A stretch of DNA of 64,000 nucleotides from an uncultured bacterium (GCA_963801165.1 CAWDDT010000010.1:1-64000), one strand, 5' to 3'. Shown: positions 17,065 to 26,926, counted from the stretch's first letter. Numbers and translations: made by a program. Notes: generated from the sequence alone by a model not told the origin.

Positions 17065-19442
17065 TGGTGCTCGACGAGATCAAGATCGGTGGATTGGGTG
17101 CCAGCCGCCTCCGGGTCGAGGACAACCGCTTCATCCGGGGGAAGGGCAACTATGTCGACGACATCGTGCTGCCCGGCATGCTCCACATGGAGATACTGCG
17201 CAGCCCGGTGGCGCACGCTCGCATCAAGTCGATCGATACGAGCAAGGCCTGGGACATCCCGGGCGTGCGGCTCGTGCTGACCGGTGAGATGCTCGCCGCC
17301 AGAAACCTGGCGTGGATGCCGACTCTCTCCTATGACACCCAGGCGGTGCTGGCAACCGACAAGGTGCGGTTCCAGGGCCAGGAGGTAGCGGCGGTCATTG
17401 CCGACGACCCCTACATCGCCAAGGACGGTTGCGAGGCGATCATCGTTGAGTACGAGCCGCTGCCGGTGATCGTCAACCCGGAGCAGGCGCGCGCCGCCGA
17501 CGCTGCCATAATCCGCGACGACAAGGCGAACCAGACCGACAACGTCGTCTTCAACTGGGAAGTGGGCGACAAGGCGGGCACCGACGCCGCCTTCAGCCGC
17601 GCCGACGTGGTCTCCAAGATCGAGATGCACTACCCCAGGTCGCACCCGTCACCCATCGAGACGTGCGGCTCGATCGCCGACTTCGACCGGGCGACGTCGA
17701 AGCTGACCGTCTACATGACGTCGCAGGCCCCGCACATCATCCGGGCCGCGGTGGCGCTCGTGGCCGAGTTGCCCGAGCACATGATCCGGATCGTCGCTCC
17801 CGACATCGGCGGCGGCTTTGGCAACAAGGTGCCGGTGTACCCGGGCTATGTGGTTTCCATCCTGGCCTCGATCCTGCTCGAGAAGCCGGTGAAGTGGATC
17901 GAGGACAAGTCGGGCAACCTGATCTCGACCGGCTTTGCCCGCGACATCTACCTGAAGGGTGAGCTGGCGCTCCGCAACGACGGGAAGATCCTCGGGGTGC
18001 GCATGCACACCGACTCCGATCACGGGGCGTTCTTCTCCGATGCGCAGCCGAGCAAGTTCAAGATCGGTCTCATCCACGCCGCGTTCTCGTGTTACGACAT
18101 CCCGGCGGCGTACCTCACCGCACAGGGCGTGTACACGAACAAGGCGCCGGGTGGGGTCGCCTACCGCTGCTCGTTCCGCATCACCGAGGCGATGTTCTTC
18201 CAGGAGCGAATGGTCCAGGCCGCGGCAGATGATCTCGGCATGGATCAAGCGGAGTTCCGCCGGATCAACTTCGTTCGCGACGACGACTTCCCCCATCGCA
18301 CGGCTTTCGGGTTCCTCACCGACTCCGGGCAGTACGCCAAGTGTCTCGATGTCGGGCTGGAGGCGATCGGGTACCAGGACTTCCTCAAAGAGAAGGAGGA
18401 GGCCAAGAAACAGGGGCGTCTCCTCGGTCTGGGGATCTCGACGATGACCGAGCCGCTCGGTGCCGGCAACAGCCGCGAGTACGACATCCTGGGCATCAAG
18501 ATGTTCGACTCGGCCGAGCTGCGGGTTCACATGACCGGCAAGGCGCTGCTGCGGACGGGTGCCAAGACCCAGGGGCAGGGACACGAGACGACATGGGGCC
18601 AGATCGTCGCCCACGAGCTGGGCATCCCCGCCGAAGACGTGATCGTCGAGGAGGGGGACACCGACACGGCGCCCTTCGGAATGGGCACCTACGCCTCGCG
18701 CAGCACGCCGGTGGCGGGGGCGGCCGTGGCGATGGCAGCCAGGAAGATCCGGGCCAAGGCCCGCAAGCTGGCGGCGCATCTGCTCGAAGCCTCCGAAGAG
18801 GACATCGAGTGGGAGCTCGGGCGCTTCTACCTTCGTGGCGCGCCGCAGCGTGGCGTGACCATCCAGGAGTGCGCCATGGCGGCCTACTCCAACATGCCCG
18901 ATGGCATGGAGCCGGGGCTCGAGAACGTCGCCTACTACGACCCTCCCAACCTCACCTGGCCGTTCGGCTGTTACATCGTCACCGTCGAGGTCGACCCGCA
19001 AACCGGTGTGTGGGACGTGCTGCGAGTTGTCGCCGTCGACGACTGTGGCGTCCGGATCAACCCGATGATCGTGGAAGGCCAGATCATGGGCGGCCTCACC
19101 GAGGCCTACGCCATGGCCAACATGCAATTCATCACCTTCGACGAGGACGGTAACTGCATCGGCGGCAACTACACCGACTATCTGCTGCCGTCGGCATGGG
19201 AGACACCCGGATACGAGCTGCATGAGGTCGTCACCCCCTGCCCCCACCACCCGATTGGGGCCAAGGGCATTGGGGAGTGCGCCACCGTCGGCGGTCCGGC
19301 GGCGTTTGTCAATGCCGTCATGGATGCCCTCAAGGACTATGGCGTGCGCAACGTCGACATGCCGCTGCTCCCGGACCGGGTCTACAAAGCGATCACGGAG
19401 CGAACCGACGTCTCAGGTGCTCCGCCGGTGAGGATGGAATGA
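17064..19442 (+). CDS. coxL: Form I aerobic Mo-Cu CO dehydrogenase large subunit
   Basis: Active-site motif GGVAYRCSFR, GGGFGNK, QGQGHET; MSL gene order. Confidence 0.96.
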   Translation: MVLDEIKIGGLGASRLRVEDNRFIRGKGNYVDDIVLPGMLHMEILRSPVAHARIKSIDTSKAWDIPGVRLVLTGEMLAARNLAWMPTLSYDTQAVLATDKVRFQGQEVAAVIADDPYIAKDGCEAIIVEYEPLPVIVNPEQARAADAAIIRDDKANQTDNVVFNWEVGDKAGTDAAFSRADVVSKIEMHYPRSHPSPIETCGSIADFDRATSKLTVYMTSQAPHIIRAAVALVAELPEHMIRIVAPDIGGGFGNKVPVYPGYVVSILASILLEKPVKWIEDKSGNLISTGFARDIYLKGELALRNDGKILGVRMHTDSDHGAFFSDAQPSKFKIGLIHAAFSCYDIPAAYLTAQGVYTNKAPGGVAYRCSFRITEAMFFQERMVQAAADDLGMDQAEFRRINFVRDDDFPHRTAFGFLTDSGQYAKCLDVGLEAIGYQDFLKEKEEAKKQGRLLGLGISTMTEPLGAGNSREYDILGIKMFDSAELRVHMTGKALLRTGAKTQGQGHETTWGQIVAHELGIPAEDVIVEEGDTDTAPFGMGTYASRSTPVAGAAVAMAARKIRAKARKLAAHLLEASEEDIEWELGRFYLRGAPQRGVTIQECAMAAYSNMPDGMEPGLENVAYYDPPNLTWPFGCYIVTVEVDPQTGVWDVLRVVAVDDCGVRINPMIVEGQIMGGLTEAYAMANMQFITFDEDGNCIGGNYTDYLLPSAWETPGYELHEVVTPCPHHPIGAKGIGECATVGGPAAFVNAVMDALKDYGVRNVDMPLLPDRVYKAITERTDVSGAPPVRME

Positions 19443-20392
19443 TGAAAGGCGGCTCATACAATGGCTGGGCGGTGGTCGAGCATGCCCGCGAGCTCACGAT
19501 GCGCAACGAGGCGTTTGTGCTCGGCACGGTCGTCTGGAGACAATCACCGACCTCGGGCAAGGAGGGCTACCAGATCGTCGTACACGCCGACGGTTCCACC
19601 TTCGGCTGGATCGGCGGCGCATGTGCCCAGCCCATCCTCGTCAGGGAGGCGCTTGCCGCCCTGGCGGACAACAAGTCCAAGCTCCTCTTTATCGGCGGTG
19701 ACGATCTGGCCGCCGAGGCGCGGGAAGGAATGATCTCGGTGCCCATGACGTGTCAGAGCAATGGTGCCCTTCAGCTGCACATACAGCCGATGATCCCCGA
19801 CCCCACGGTCGTGGTCGTGGGCCGATCGCCGATGGCGCAGACGCTCAACGATCTGGTGGCCGCCCTCGGATGGAACGCCGTGCTGGCAGAGGGTGCTTTT
19901 CCCGGGGACGTACCGAAGGGCGCCGCGGTCGTGATCGCTACCCAGGGCGACGGCGATGAGGACCTACTCCTGGCCGCACTGGATGCCGAGCCCTCGTATG
20001 TGGGGCTCGTTGCTTCATCCCGGCGTGGTGACGCGGTGCGCGCCTATCTGCGTGACGCGGGCGCACCCGAGGATGTGGTCGCCGCGATTCGGGCACCGGT
20101 CGGGATAGACCTCGGCCAGACGTCGCACACCGAGATGGCAGTGTCGATTCTCGCCGACCTGGTGGCGGCACGGGCGCGCGGTGAGTTGGTTCCCAGCGGT
20201 GGTGCAACGCCGGTTGCGATGCCGGCCACGGCGATCGATCCCGTGTGCGGGATGGAGGTCACCGCCGACGAGTCCGGACGCCCTTACGAATACGAGGGTA
20301 CGACCTACTACTTCTGCTGTCCGGCCTGCAGGAAGTCGTTCTCCACAAACCCGGAAGAGTATCTGAGGAGCGTTGATGCAGATCAAGAGTGA
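19439..20392 (+). CDS. XdhC/CoxF-family maturation factor with C-terminal YHS/TRASH domain
   Basis: GWIGGAC, MTCQSNG, YVGLVASSRR, IRAPVGIDLG...EMAVSILA; C-terminal DPVCGMEV...YEGTTYYFCCPACRKSF. Confidence 0.88.
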   Translation: MMKGGSYNGWAVVEHARELTMRNEAFVLGTVVWRQSPTSGKEGYQIVVHADGSTFGWIGGACAQPILVREALAALADNKSKLLFIGGDDLAAEAREGMISVPMTCQSNGALQLHIQPMIPDPTVVVVGRSPMAQTLNDLVAALGWNAVLAEGAFPGDVPKGAAVVIATQGDGDEDLLLAALDAEPSYVGLVASSRRGDAVRAYLRDAGAPEDVVAAIRAPVGIDLGQTSHTEMAVSILADLVAARARGELVPSGGATPVAMPATAIDPVCGMEVTADESGRPYEYEGTTYYFCCPACRKSFSTNPEEYLRSVDADQE

Positions 20393-20957
20393 TTTCGAAG
20401 TCGGCCAGTCACCCGACAAGGTGTGGGAGTTCTTCAACGACATCCCAGCCGTCGCATCGTGCCTACCTGGTGCCGACATCTCCGAGAAGATCGACGACGA
20501 CAACTACTCCGGGACCGTCGTTATCGGGATGGGGCCGGTGAAGCTCAACTTCGCCGGCAAGGCGAGCGTTCGCCAGCGCGACGAGGCAAACAGACGGATC
20601 GTGGTCGACGCCTCCGGCTCCGAGCGAAAGGGCCGTGGTGAGGCGGCGCTGCTGCTGAACGCCGCAGTGGTTCCCAGTGGAGCCGGCAGCCGGGTCGATA
20701 TCGAGCAGTCCCTGCAACTGTCCGGAGCTGCGGCGCAATACGGGCGGGGCATGGTGCAGGACGTCACCGCCATCCTCATCGACCAGTTCTCGACGAACAT
20801 GACGGCGAAGCTCACCGCTCTCGAGCAGGGGATCGACTATGTGCCGGGGGATGCCCGGCCGGCGAGCGGCTTCTCGATTGCGCTTCAGGCCCTCTGGATG
20901 GCGCTGCGCAGGGTCGGCCGTCGCTTCTTCCTTCCCTACGACTCGGCTACGGAATAG
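20376..20957 (+). CDS. coxG: CoxG (SRPBCC/START fold)
   Basis: VWEFFNDIPAVASCLPGA, GPVKLNFAG, LSGAAAQYGRGMV; amphipathic C-terminus. Confidence 0.88.
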   Translation: MQIKSDFEVGQSPDKVWEFFNDIPAVASCLPGADISEKIDDDNYSGTVVIGMGPVKLNFAGKASVRQRDEANRRIVVDASGSERKGRGEAALLLNAAVVPSGAGSRVDIEQSLQLSGAAAQYGRGMVQDVTAILIDQFSTNMTAKLTALEQGIDYVPGDARPASGFSIALQALWMALRRVGRRFFLPYDSATE

Positions 20958-20966
20958 GAGGTACGG

Positions 20967-21239
20967 ATGTTGTGGACACTCGCAAACGTGTGGTGGACGC
21001 TCGGGAACGTCGTGCTCCTGTTGGCCGTCGTGCCGGTGTTGGTCGCACTGTTGAACCGTGTGCTGGCGGCGCTGGAGCGAATCAGAGGCGCGGCTGATCG
21101 AGCCCTTGCCGGTGGGGTTGCGGTAATCGGGGAGGTTGCCGATGTGCCGGACCGTCTCGCCGTCACCGACGACACGATCGCCGAGGTTGCGAACGGGGCG
21201 GTTCGCTACGCCGGTTCGGTCGCGAAGCTGTTGGGCTAG
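20967..21239 (+). CDS. Small TM + coiled-coil protein 1 (cox-associated, unknown)
   Basis: GGAGG RBS; single TM then LERI heptads. Confidence 0.85.
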   Translation: MLWTLANVWWTLGNVVLLLAVVPVLVALLNRVLAALERIRGAADRALAGGVAVIGEVADVPDRLAVTDDTIAEVANGAVRYAGSVAKLLG

Positions 21240-21248
21240 GAGGAGCGC

Positions 21249-21476
21249 ATGGATACGGTTGCAGTCATAACACTCGTAATAGCGGGACTGATCATTGCCG
21301 CGGCAGCCCTCGGTTTGATACGCGTGATCTTCCACCTGTGGGCGGTGGCCAAGACCCTCGACGCCCTCATCGGTGGAGTCAACGTCATCGTCGACAAGAC
21401 GGCCCCGGTGCCGGACGCGGTGGCTTCTGTCAACGCCAACCTGGCGCCGGTTCGTGACTTCGCCGCGAGCATCTGA
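21249..21476 (+). CDS. Small TM + coiled-coil protein 2
   Basis: AGGAGGAG RBS; single TM then heptads. Confidence 0.85.
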   Translation: MDTVAVITLVIAGLIIAAAALGLIRVIFHLWAVAKTLDALIGGVNVIVDKTAPVPDAVASVNANLAPVRDFAASI

Positions 21477-21485
21477 GGAGGAGGG

Positions 21486-21749
21486 ATGTTGCACTTGATA
21501 TTGGCATCGAACACCGGATGGGTGATCGGCTACACGATCGGCATCGTGATCGTTGTTGTCGTCGTCGCCCTGGTCGTGCCGATCCTGCTTCTCGCCCGGC
21601 GGATCGGTGAGCAGGCGGATGCCGTTAACAGCGGTCTGCAGAAGGCGGTGGTGAACACGGCGGCGCTGGCCCAGCTGTCCACCACGATCGAATCGGCAGA
21701 GGTCATCGTCGACGGCTTGAAGCGCGGACGACAGCGGCTGGGAGGCTGA
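21486..21749 (+). CDS. Small TM + coiled-coil protein 3
   Basis: GAGGAGG RBS; TM, ARRI...AVVNTA. Confidence 0.85.
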   Translation: MLHLILASNTGWVIGYTIGIVIVVVVVALVVPILLLARRIGEQADAVNSGLQKAVVNTAALAQLSTTIESAEVIVDGLKRGRQRLGG

Positions 21750-21750
21750 G

Positions 21751-22035
21751 ATGATGCTTATTGCGTTCACACACGACCAGTTCTGGCAGCTGGCCAACAT
21801 CCTCGGCCTGGTGGTCGTAGTGGCGGTGGCGGGGTTGTTGACCATCCTCGTTCTCCTGGTTCGCAGGATCGAAGAGCGGGTGGGCATGGTCCGCGAAACT
21901 CTGCGGGCTGCGGTGGCAAACACCAGCGATGCCGAGCTCATCGCCGACACCGCAAAGCGGGTCGACTCGGTCCTCATCGAAGGGCTCCAACATCATCTGT
22001 TCCTGGGTCGTGTCCTCGACAAGGTGCGTGCGTGA
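21751..22035 (+). CDS. Small TM + coiled-coil protein 4
   Basis: GGAGG RBS; TM, VRRI...AVANTS. Confidence 0.85.
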   Translation: MMLIAFTHDQFWQLANILGLVVVVAVAGLLTILVLLVRRIEERVGMVRETLRAAVANTSDAELIADTAKRVDSVLIEGLQHHLFLGRVLDKVRA

Positions 22036-22382
22036 TGGCGGTATTCACAGTCATCGACATCGTTCTGCTCATCGCAGGCCTGGCCGTATATCTGTACATC
22101 GTCGGCGGGCAGCTCACGCGAATCGCCACCGTTCTGGAGGAGTGCGCCGATCTTGTCTGGGAGGTGAAAGCGAACGCCGAAGTGATCGACGGTGGGCTGG
22201 GAAGCATCAACAGCACCGGCCGTGTGGTCGCCGGGGCGCTTCCGCTTCTCTACGGCATGGCCGAGGGCATCGTCGCCGGAGCGACCTTCGATCACGAGGC
22301 GGCGGCCGAGCGGGGCCCGGCCAAGCCGGCCATGGGCATCCGGCGTACCCGCCAGCTCGAAGGTGTCGCCTACAAATCGTGA
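22032..22382 (+). CDS. Small TM + coiled-coil protein 5
   Basis: Coupled to the previous stop; TM, LTRI...VKANA. Confidence 0.85.
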   Translation: MMAVFTVIDIVLLIAGLAVYLYIVGGQLTRIATVLEECADLVWEVKANAEVIDGGLGSINSTGRVVAGALPLLYGMAEGIVAGATFDHEAAAERGPAKPAMGIRRTRQLEGVAYKS

Positions 22383-22622
22383 CCGGGTTTGGTCCCCCCG
22401 GCTAAGGACCCGGGTTTCGCCCATATCGGTACGGGGAATGCGGAGTCGGCACACCACGGCCGGAGTGCTGTGTTCATGGGTCCTTAATCAGGCAGATGAC
22501 GAACACATCACCCAGTAGTGCAGATTGGCACCTCGCCGTGCGGTGTATCGACCACCGGCGGTAGCGGAGGTCTGCCAGGTAGGGGTTCCAGCGCGGTGTA
22601 TTACGTATTACGATATTGAGAT

Positions 22623-22886
22623 GTGCAAATCCATCGGACAGCACACAACCACGGCATCGACGCCGCCGCCATTGTCCATGCGATCAGCAACGCCATCACA
22701 GTCATCGATCTCGAGCCCGCGGCCGACCCGCCCAAGGTCCTCGCCATCGGACCCGACTACGCCGGGAACCTCCTTGAGATCATCTGGCTCGAACTTGCCG
22801 ACCGGGCTGAGCTGGTGATCCACGCCATGCCGCTGCGTCCCACGTTCTACGAACTGCTCCCGTTCCCGGGCGAGGAGATACCATGA
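22623..22886 (+). CDS. Putative type II toxin (BrnT/RelE-like fold)
   Basis: H.I...I.HAI, LAIGPDYAGNLLEI, VIHAM.LR pattern; overlaps an RHH gene. Confidence 0.65.
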   Translation: MQIHRTAHNHGIDAAAIVHAISNAITVIDLEPAADPPKVLAIGPDYAGNLLEIIWLELADRAELVIHAMPLRPTFYELLPFPGEEIP

Positions 22887-23164
22887 CCGACATGAACGTC
22901 CACCGTACCGAAAGTGGCCACATTCTCACCGACGATGAACTTGACCGTCTTGCCGTCGAAGTTGAGGAAGCTGACTACGACGTCGATGCTCTCAAGACCC
23001 GACGTCGCGGGCGCCCCTCAATGGGATCTGCACCGGCAGACGTCGTGCCGGTTCGTATCGATCCGGAGCTGAGAGCAGCGATCGAAGCACGAGCCGAAAC
23101 GGACCACACCACCACCAGCGAGATCATCCGTGAAGCAATCCGCCGGTTCCTGCACGTAGCCTGA
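22883..23164 (+). CDS. Ribbon-helix-helix (CopG-like) antitoxin
   Basis: RRGRPSMG...VPVRIDPELRAAIEARA...SEIIREAIRRFL. Confidence 0.8.
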   Translation: MTDMNVHRTESGHILTDDELDRLAVEVEEADYDVDALKTRRRGRPSMGSAPADVVPVRIDPELRAAIEARAETDHTTTSEIIREAIRRFLHVA

Positions 23165-23330
23165 CTCCTAGCCCGCCCCGACCGCCGAACATGGGCGATA
23201 TCGCACATTCTGTTGCAGTATCGAGCGCAATACTCAGCCGCGCGAGAACGGCACCCGGCCGCTCGATGCAGCGAACGCTGGCAGTGGTTCTGTCGAAGCG
23301 ATGGAAGCGCGGCGAGCAGGTCGCCAGTAA

Positions 23331-23870
23331 CTAGTCGCATGGGGCCCCGCTACGGGGGCCCGGCTTGAAGAGCATGTCTTGCCCCGCTGCTGAGGCGGTG
23401 AGGCTCGGTTCGGGTCCGTCCTCGATGAGGAGTTCCACGTCGAGGAGACTATCGACCGCGGCGTCCTCCCATTCGGCGGGGATGTCGGTGGCGTTGTCGT
23501 TGTACCAGCCGACCCCGTTGATGACTCCCAGGTATTTGATGCCGCAGCCGAGATCGATCGTGATCGTCCACGGGTAGCCGGTTTCGATCAGCAGCGGTGT
23601 CCGGGTCGCAGTGCGTGGCAGCGTCCTGGTGATGTCTGCGATCTCGTCTTCGGTGGGGACGCTTCCCGGCTGGCGGAGGTCGGCTGTCACCTGTGCCTCG
23701 AGGACCGTCTCTTTGTCGTTGGAGAGGCGGAAGGGGGGCGCAGGGAGCCGGTCACGCTCGATGGCGACCAGGTAGATGCTCCCGTCCTTGTCGTCTGTAC
23801 ATGAGTATGCGGTACTCAGGTGGGGAATGACCGGGTAGACCAGGTCACCTTCGATGACGACGTCGTCGAA
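23331..23870 (-). pseudogene. C-terminal part of the IS-interrupted lipoprotein gene
   Basis: Open frame from the IS junction: FDDVVIEGDLVYP...CTDD...YLVAIERDRLP...TADLRQPG. Confidence 0.7.
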
Positions 23871-25289
23871 GGGGGTGTCAGCACGTTTGTGTAAGTGGGT
23901 GGCATTCGGTTTTGGTTAGACGATGGTGAATCGTCCGGGGAAGTAGATGGCGAGTGCGTTGAGGCACTTGCTCCATCCCCATGTTCCTGTGCCGGTGTCA
24001 CCTCCTCTGTTGGTAGTGATGTTACGCACCGCGAGATAAAGCAGTTTGAGGGCTGCTTTCTCGGTGGGGAAGTGCCCCCGGTTCTTGGTGACCTTCCGTA
24101 GCTGGTAGTTGATCGATTCGATCATGTTGGTGGTGTAAACCACTCGGCGGATCTCCGGCGGATAGTCCAAGAAGGGGGTGAACTCTTCCCAAGCGTCCCG
24201 CCACAACTTGACGATGGCGGGATACTTTGTCCCGTAATCGTCTTCGAAGTTGCCGAGCGCCTCGACGGCGGCTTCCTTTGATGTCGCCTGGTAGACCGGC
24301 CGGAGCGCGGTGGCGATCTTCTTGCGGTCTTTGTATGAGGCGTATCGGAACGAACCTCGCAGCAGATGCACGACACATGTCTGGATCACTGCTTGTGGCC
24401 ACACGGTTTCGATCGATTCGGGGAGACCCTTGAGACCGTCACAGGCGACGATCAACACGTCGTTGACGCCGCGGTTCTTGAGTTCGGAAAGCACTTTGAG
24501 CCAAAACTTGGCGCCTTCACCGTTCGAGTCGCCGATCCAGATCCCAAGGACGTGTTTGCGGCCCTCCAAATCAACTCCGACGGCCAGATAGGCCGGGCGG
24601 TTCTGGACGATCCCGTCTCGGATCTTGATGTTCAGAGCGTCGATATAGACAATCGGATACACCGCATCCAGCGGCCGGTTGCGCCAGGATTCGAGTTCAT
24701 CCCACACAGCGTCGGTGACTTTCGAGATCAGATCCGGTGACACGTCAACCCCGTAGATCTCTGCGAGATGAGAACGGATATCACGAACCGTCATCCCTCG
24801 GGCATACAACGCAATGATCCGCTCATTGAAGCCCTTCAACCTGGTCGTGCCCTTAGGGACGATCTTCGGTTCGAAATCGCCGTTCCGATCCCGAGGTATC
24901 TCCAAATCGATAGCACCGATATCGGTCAACACCGTCTTCGAACTGGTGCCGTTCCGCGAGTTACCAGAACCCCGACCCGCCGGGTCATGCTTCTCATAAC
25001 CCAACTCGCCAGTCAGTTCCTCATCCAAAGCCCGTTCCAACACCGCCTTGGTCACCTGCGACAACAGCCCCTCAGGGCCCAACAGCTCGGCTCCTTCATC
25101 ATTGACCCGAGCCATCAACTCGTCCAACACCTCAGCCGACACCAGCGGAGTCGCAGCAGCCTTCGCCACCTCCGTCGCCTCGTCCTTGTCAATCATCATC
25201 AGTGGGTCCTTCCACAGACCCCAAACGCCACCCGCGTCCAGGGCCACTATGTCAGGCCACCCCACTTACACAAAGCATCTGACAGGCCC
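23871..25289 (-). mobile_element. IS256-family insertion sequence
   Basis: Imperfect terminal IRs GGGGGTGTCAGCACGTTTGTGTAAGTGGG / GGGCCTGTCAGATGCTTTGTGTAAGTGGG around the transposase. Confidence 0.92.
23916..25199 (-). CDS. IS256-family (mutator-type) transposase
   Basis: NSRNG, IPRDRNGDFEP, YPIVYIDAL, VACDGLKG, QTCVVH, YTTNMIES. Confidence 0.95.
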   Translation of the reverse strand: MMIDKDEATEVAKAAATPLVSAEVLDELMARVNDEGAELLGPEGLLSQVTKAVLERALDEELTGELGYEKHDPAGRGSGNSRNGTSSKTVLTDIGAIDLEIPRDRNGDFEPKIVPKGTTRLKGFNERIIALYARGMTVRDIRSHLAEIYGVDVSPDLISKVTDAVWDELESWRNRPLDAVYPIVYIDALNIKIRDGIVQNRPAYLAVGVDLEGRKHVLGIWIGDSNGEGAKFWLKVLSELKNRGVNDVLIVACDGLKGLPESIETVWPQAVIQTCVVHLLRGSFRYASYKDRKKIATALRPVYQATSKEAAVEALGNFEDDYGTKYPAIVKLWRDAWEEFTPFLDYPPEIRRVVYTTNMIESINYQLRKVTKNRGHFPTEKAALKLLYLAVRNITTNRGGDTGTGTWGWSKCLNALAIYFPGRFTIV

Positions 25290-26156
25290 AGTCTCGGGAC
25301 AGGACCCGCCGTAGGTAACGGAGAAACCCACCACGATGTGAGTCTCGAAGTCGGCGCTCGGCAACGTGCCATCAGCACCAAGCTGCTCCCACAACTCGTT
25401 GAACGAGGCGGCGTCGGCGGCAACGGTCGGCCTATCGGTCAAAGCGTGATTGACCACGCCCAGGTAGACCCACCCATCGCCGCCGGGTTGTTGTGGTCCG
25501 GCTTCGGGTGTCCTTACCGGGTCCAGCCCCTCCAGACACACCGGGTCGTCACCGGCAACCTCCTCGACGTTCGCGATACGTTCCGGGGTGAGCCGGCCTA
25601 CCCAAACCCTCACAACGCCACGGGCCTCGTACCCGGAGACATCCATGTCGTCCGGCAGAGCACCGGTGATGCGCTTTTGGATCTCGTCGAGTTGGGCACG
25701 GCTGTATGGCATCTCCACCGCGACCACACCAACATCCGGGAACCTCTCTTCGAGCGCCGCCTGATAGGTCGCAACATCACCGTCAACAAACCCGACCGAG
25801 ATCCAGCCGTTGTGTCTCCGGTCTATCCAGATGCTCTGGTAGCCCGGCCATCCGGAAGCGAACCGCCGAACCTCGTCGACCGGCATCTCATTACCCACAT
25901 AGACAGGAGTGTCGGCATACCAATCCTCCGGCGCAGTCGGATAGCCCACCTCATAACACATCGGCAAACTCTCGACCGCAGGCACATCCGTCGGCGTGGA
26001 AGCATCTGCCCTGGTAGCCGTTGTGTCAGCCGGTGCCGACGTCACCGACGAGGTACTCCCCGACGAATTGGGAACCCCTGTCGACACTGACCCGCCGCCG
26101 CACGCGGCCACAGACAGCACGACACCAGCAACCAACGACCTCCGCCACATCGACAT
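25290..26156 (-). pseudogene. N-terminal part of a lipoprotein gene disrupted by IS256
   Basis: MSMWRRSLVAGVVLSVAAC lipobox, Ser/Thr linker; ends YGGSCPET at the IS junction. Confidence 0.75.
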
Positions 26157-26491
26157 ACCCCCTTCCGACGTCACATCACCAATCGGAGGTTCCCACGAAC
26201 CGCCCGGGATTGCCCAAATGATGCGCCAAGACCCAGATGCCCGCCGCGCCGCATGGGGTTGAAGCCGTATTACCTCGGTGACACTTCTGCGCTTGCCCCT
26301 CTCAACAATCCTGAGGTGACTACACGCCTGGCGCCGCCTGCTGGAGGCCGGGTGGTCGCCCGTGTACACCAACCGATCTGGAAGCCGGCTAATCGTCGCC
26401 AAACCCGAACTCGCATCGGGCAACGCGCCGACTGCTGTCTGCTTGGCTGGGACCATGAACCACGAATGGCGGCGAAGCTGCCTTCGGGTGG

Positions 26492-26926
26492 TCAGCTCGA
26501 CGGCGCGTCGCGCCCGGTGGTGAGCGGCTTTGTGGTGGGAGCTTCCCCGTATGACCCGATCCACTCGTCTTTCCAGGCGCGGTCGTACTGGTCCGGGTTG
26601 CAGCTCGGGTGATAGGTGGCGATCAGCTCCTGGGTGATGCGCTCTCTATGCGAGGGCAGCCCTCCGGGGATCGTATAGAAGGCGATCCACAGACTCCACT
26701 TCCCGCCCGCCCGGTCGATCCAACGATCTGCAAGAGGATGCTCGAACGGCAAGCCGGCGTCTGACATGTCCTCGGCGTGGCCGAGGTAGATGACCTCGTA
26801 CCGTTCGGACTCCGGGTCGGGTCGAGCCAGGATGGCGAAGATGCCGGGTGCCTGGGGCGGGTGCCATCCGCCGAGGACCCGGGGCCCTTCGAAGGGGTAA
26901 CCCCCGAGCGATCCGAGGCGGATCAT
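26492..26926 (-). CDS. Hypothetical protein with GIY-YIG-like motif, in the cox accessory operon
   Basis: APGIFAIL...YEVIYLGHAEDM...ELIATYHPSCN; ATGA overlap with the upstream gene. Confidence 0.7.
   Translation of the reverse strand: MIRLGSLGGYPFEGPRVLGGWHPPQAPGIFAILARPDPESERYEVIYLGHAEDMSDAGLPFEHPLADRWIDRAGGKWSLWIAFYTIPGGLPSHRERITQELIATYHPSCNPDQYDRAWKDEWIGSYGEAPTTKPLTTGRDAPSS

Noticed and set aside
17649-19250. 533-aa minus-strand ORF (likewise 20463-21977, 24768-26090, 2893-4005, 55633-56778)
   Set aside because: Antisense shadows of real high-GC genes, with no motifs or RBS.
17064-19442. Form II CoxL or xanthine dehydrogenase
   Set aside because: The active-site loop is AYRCSFR (form I), not AYXGAGR, and the gene order is MSL.
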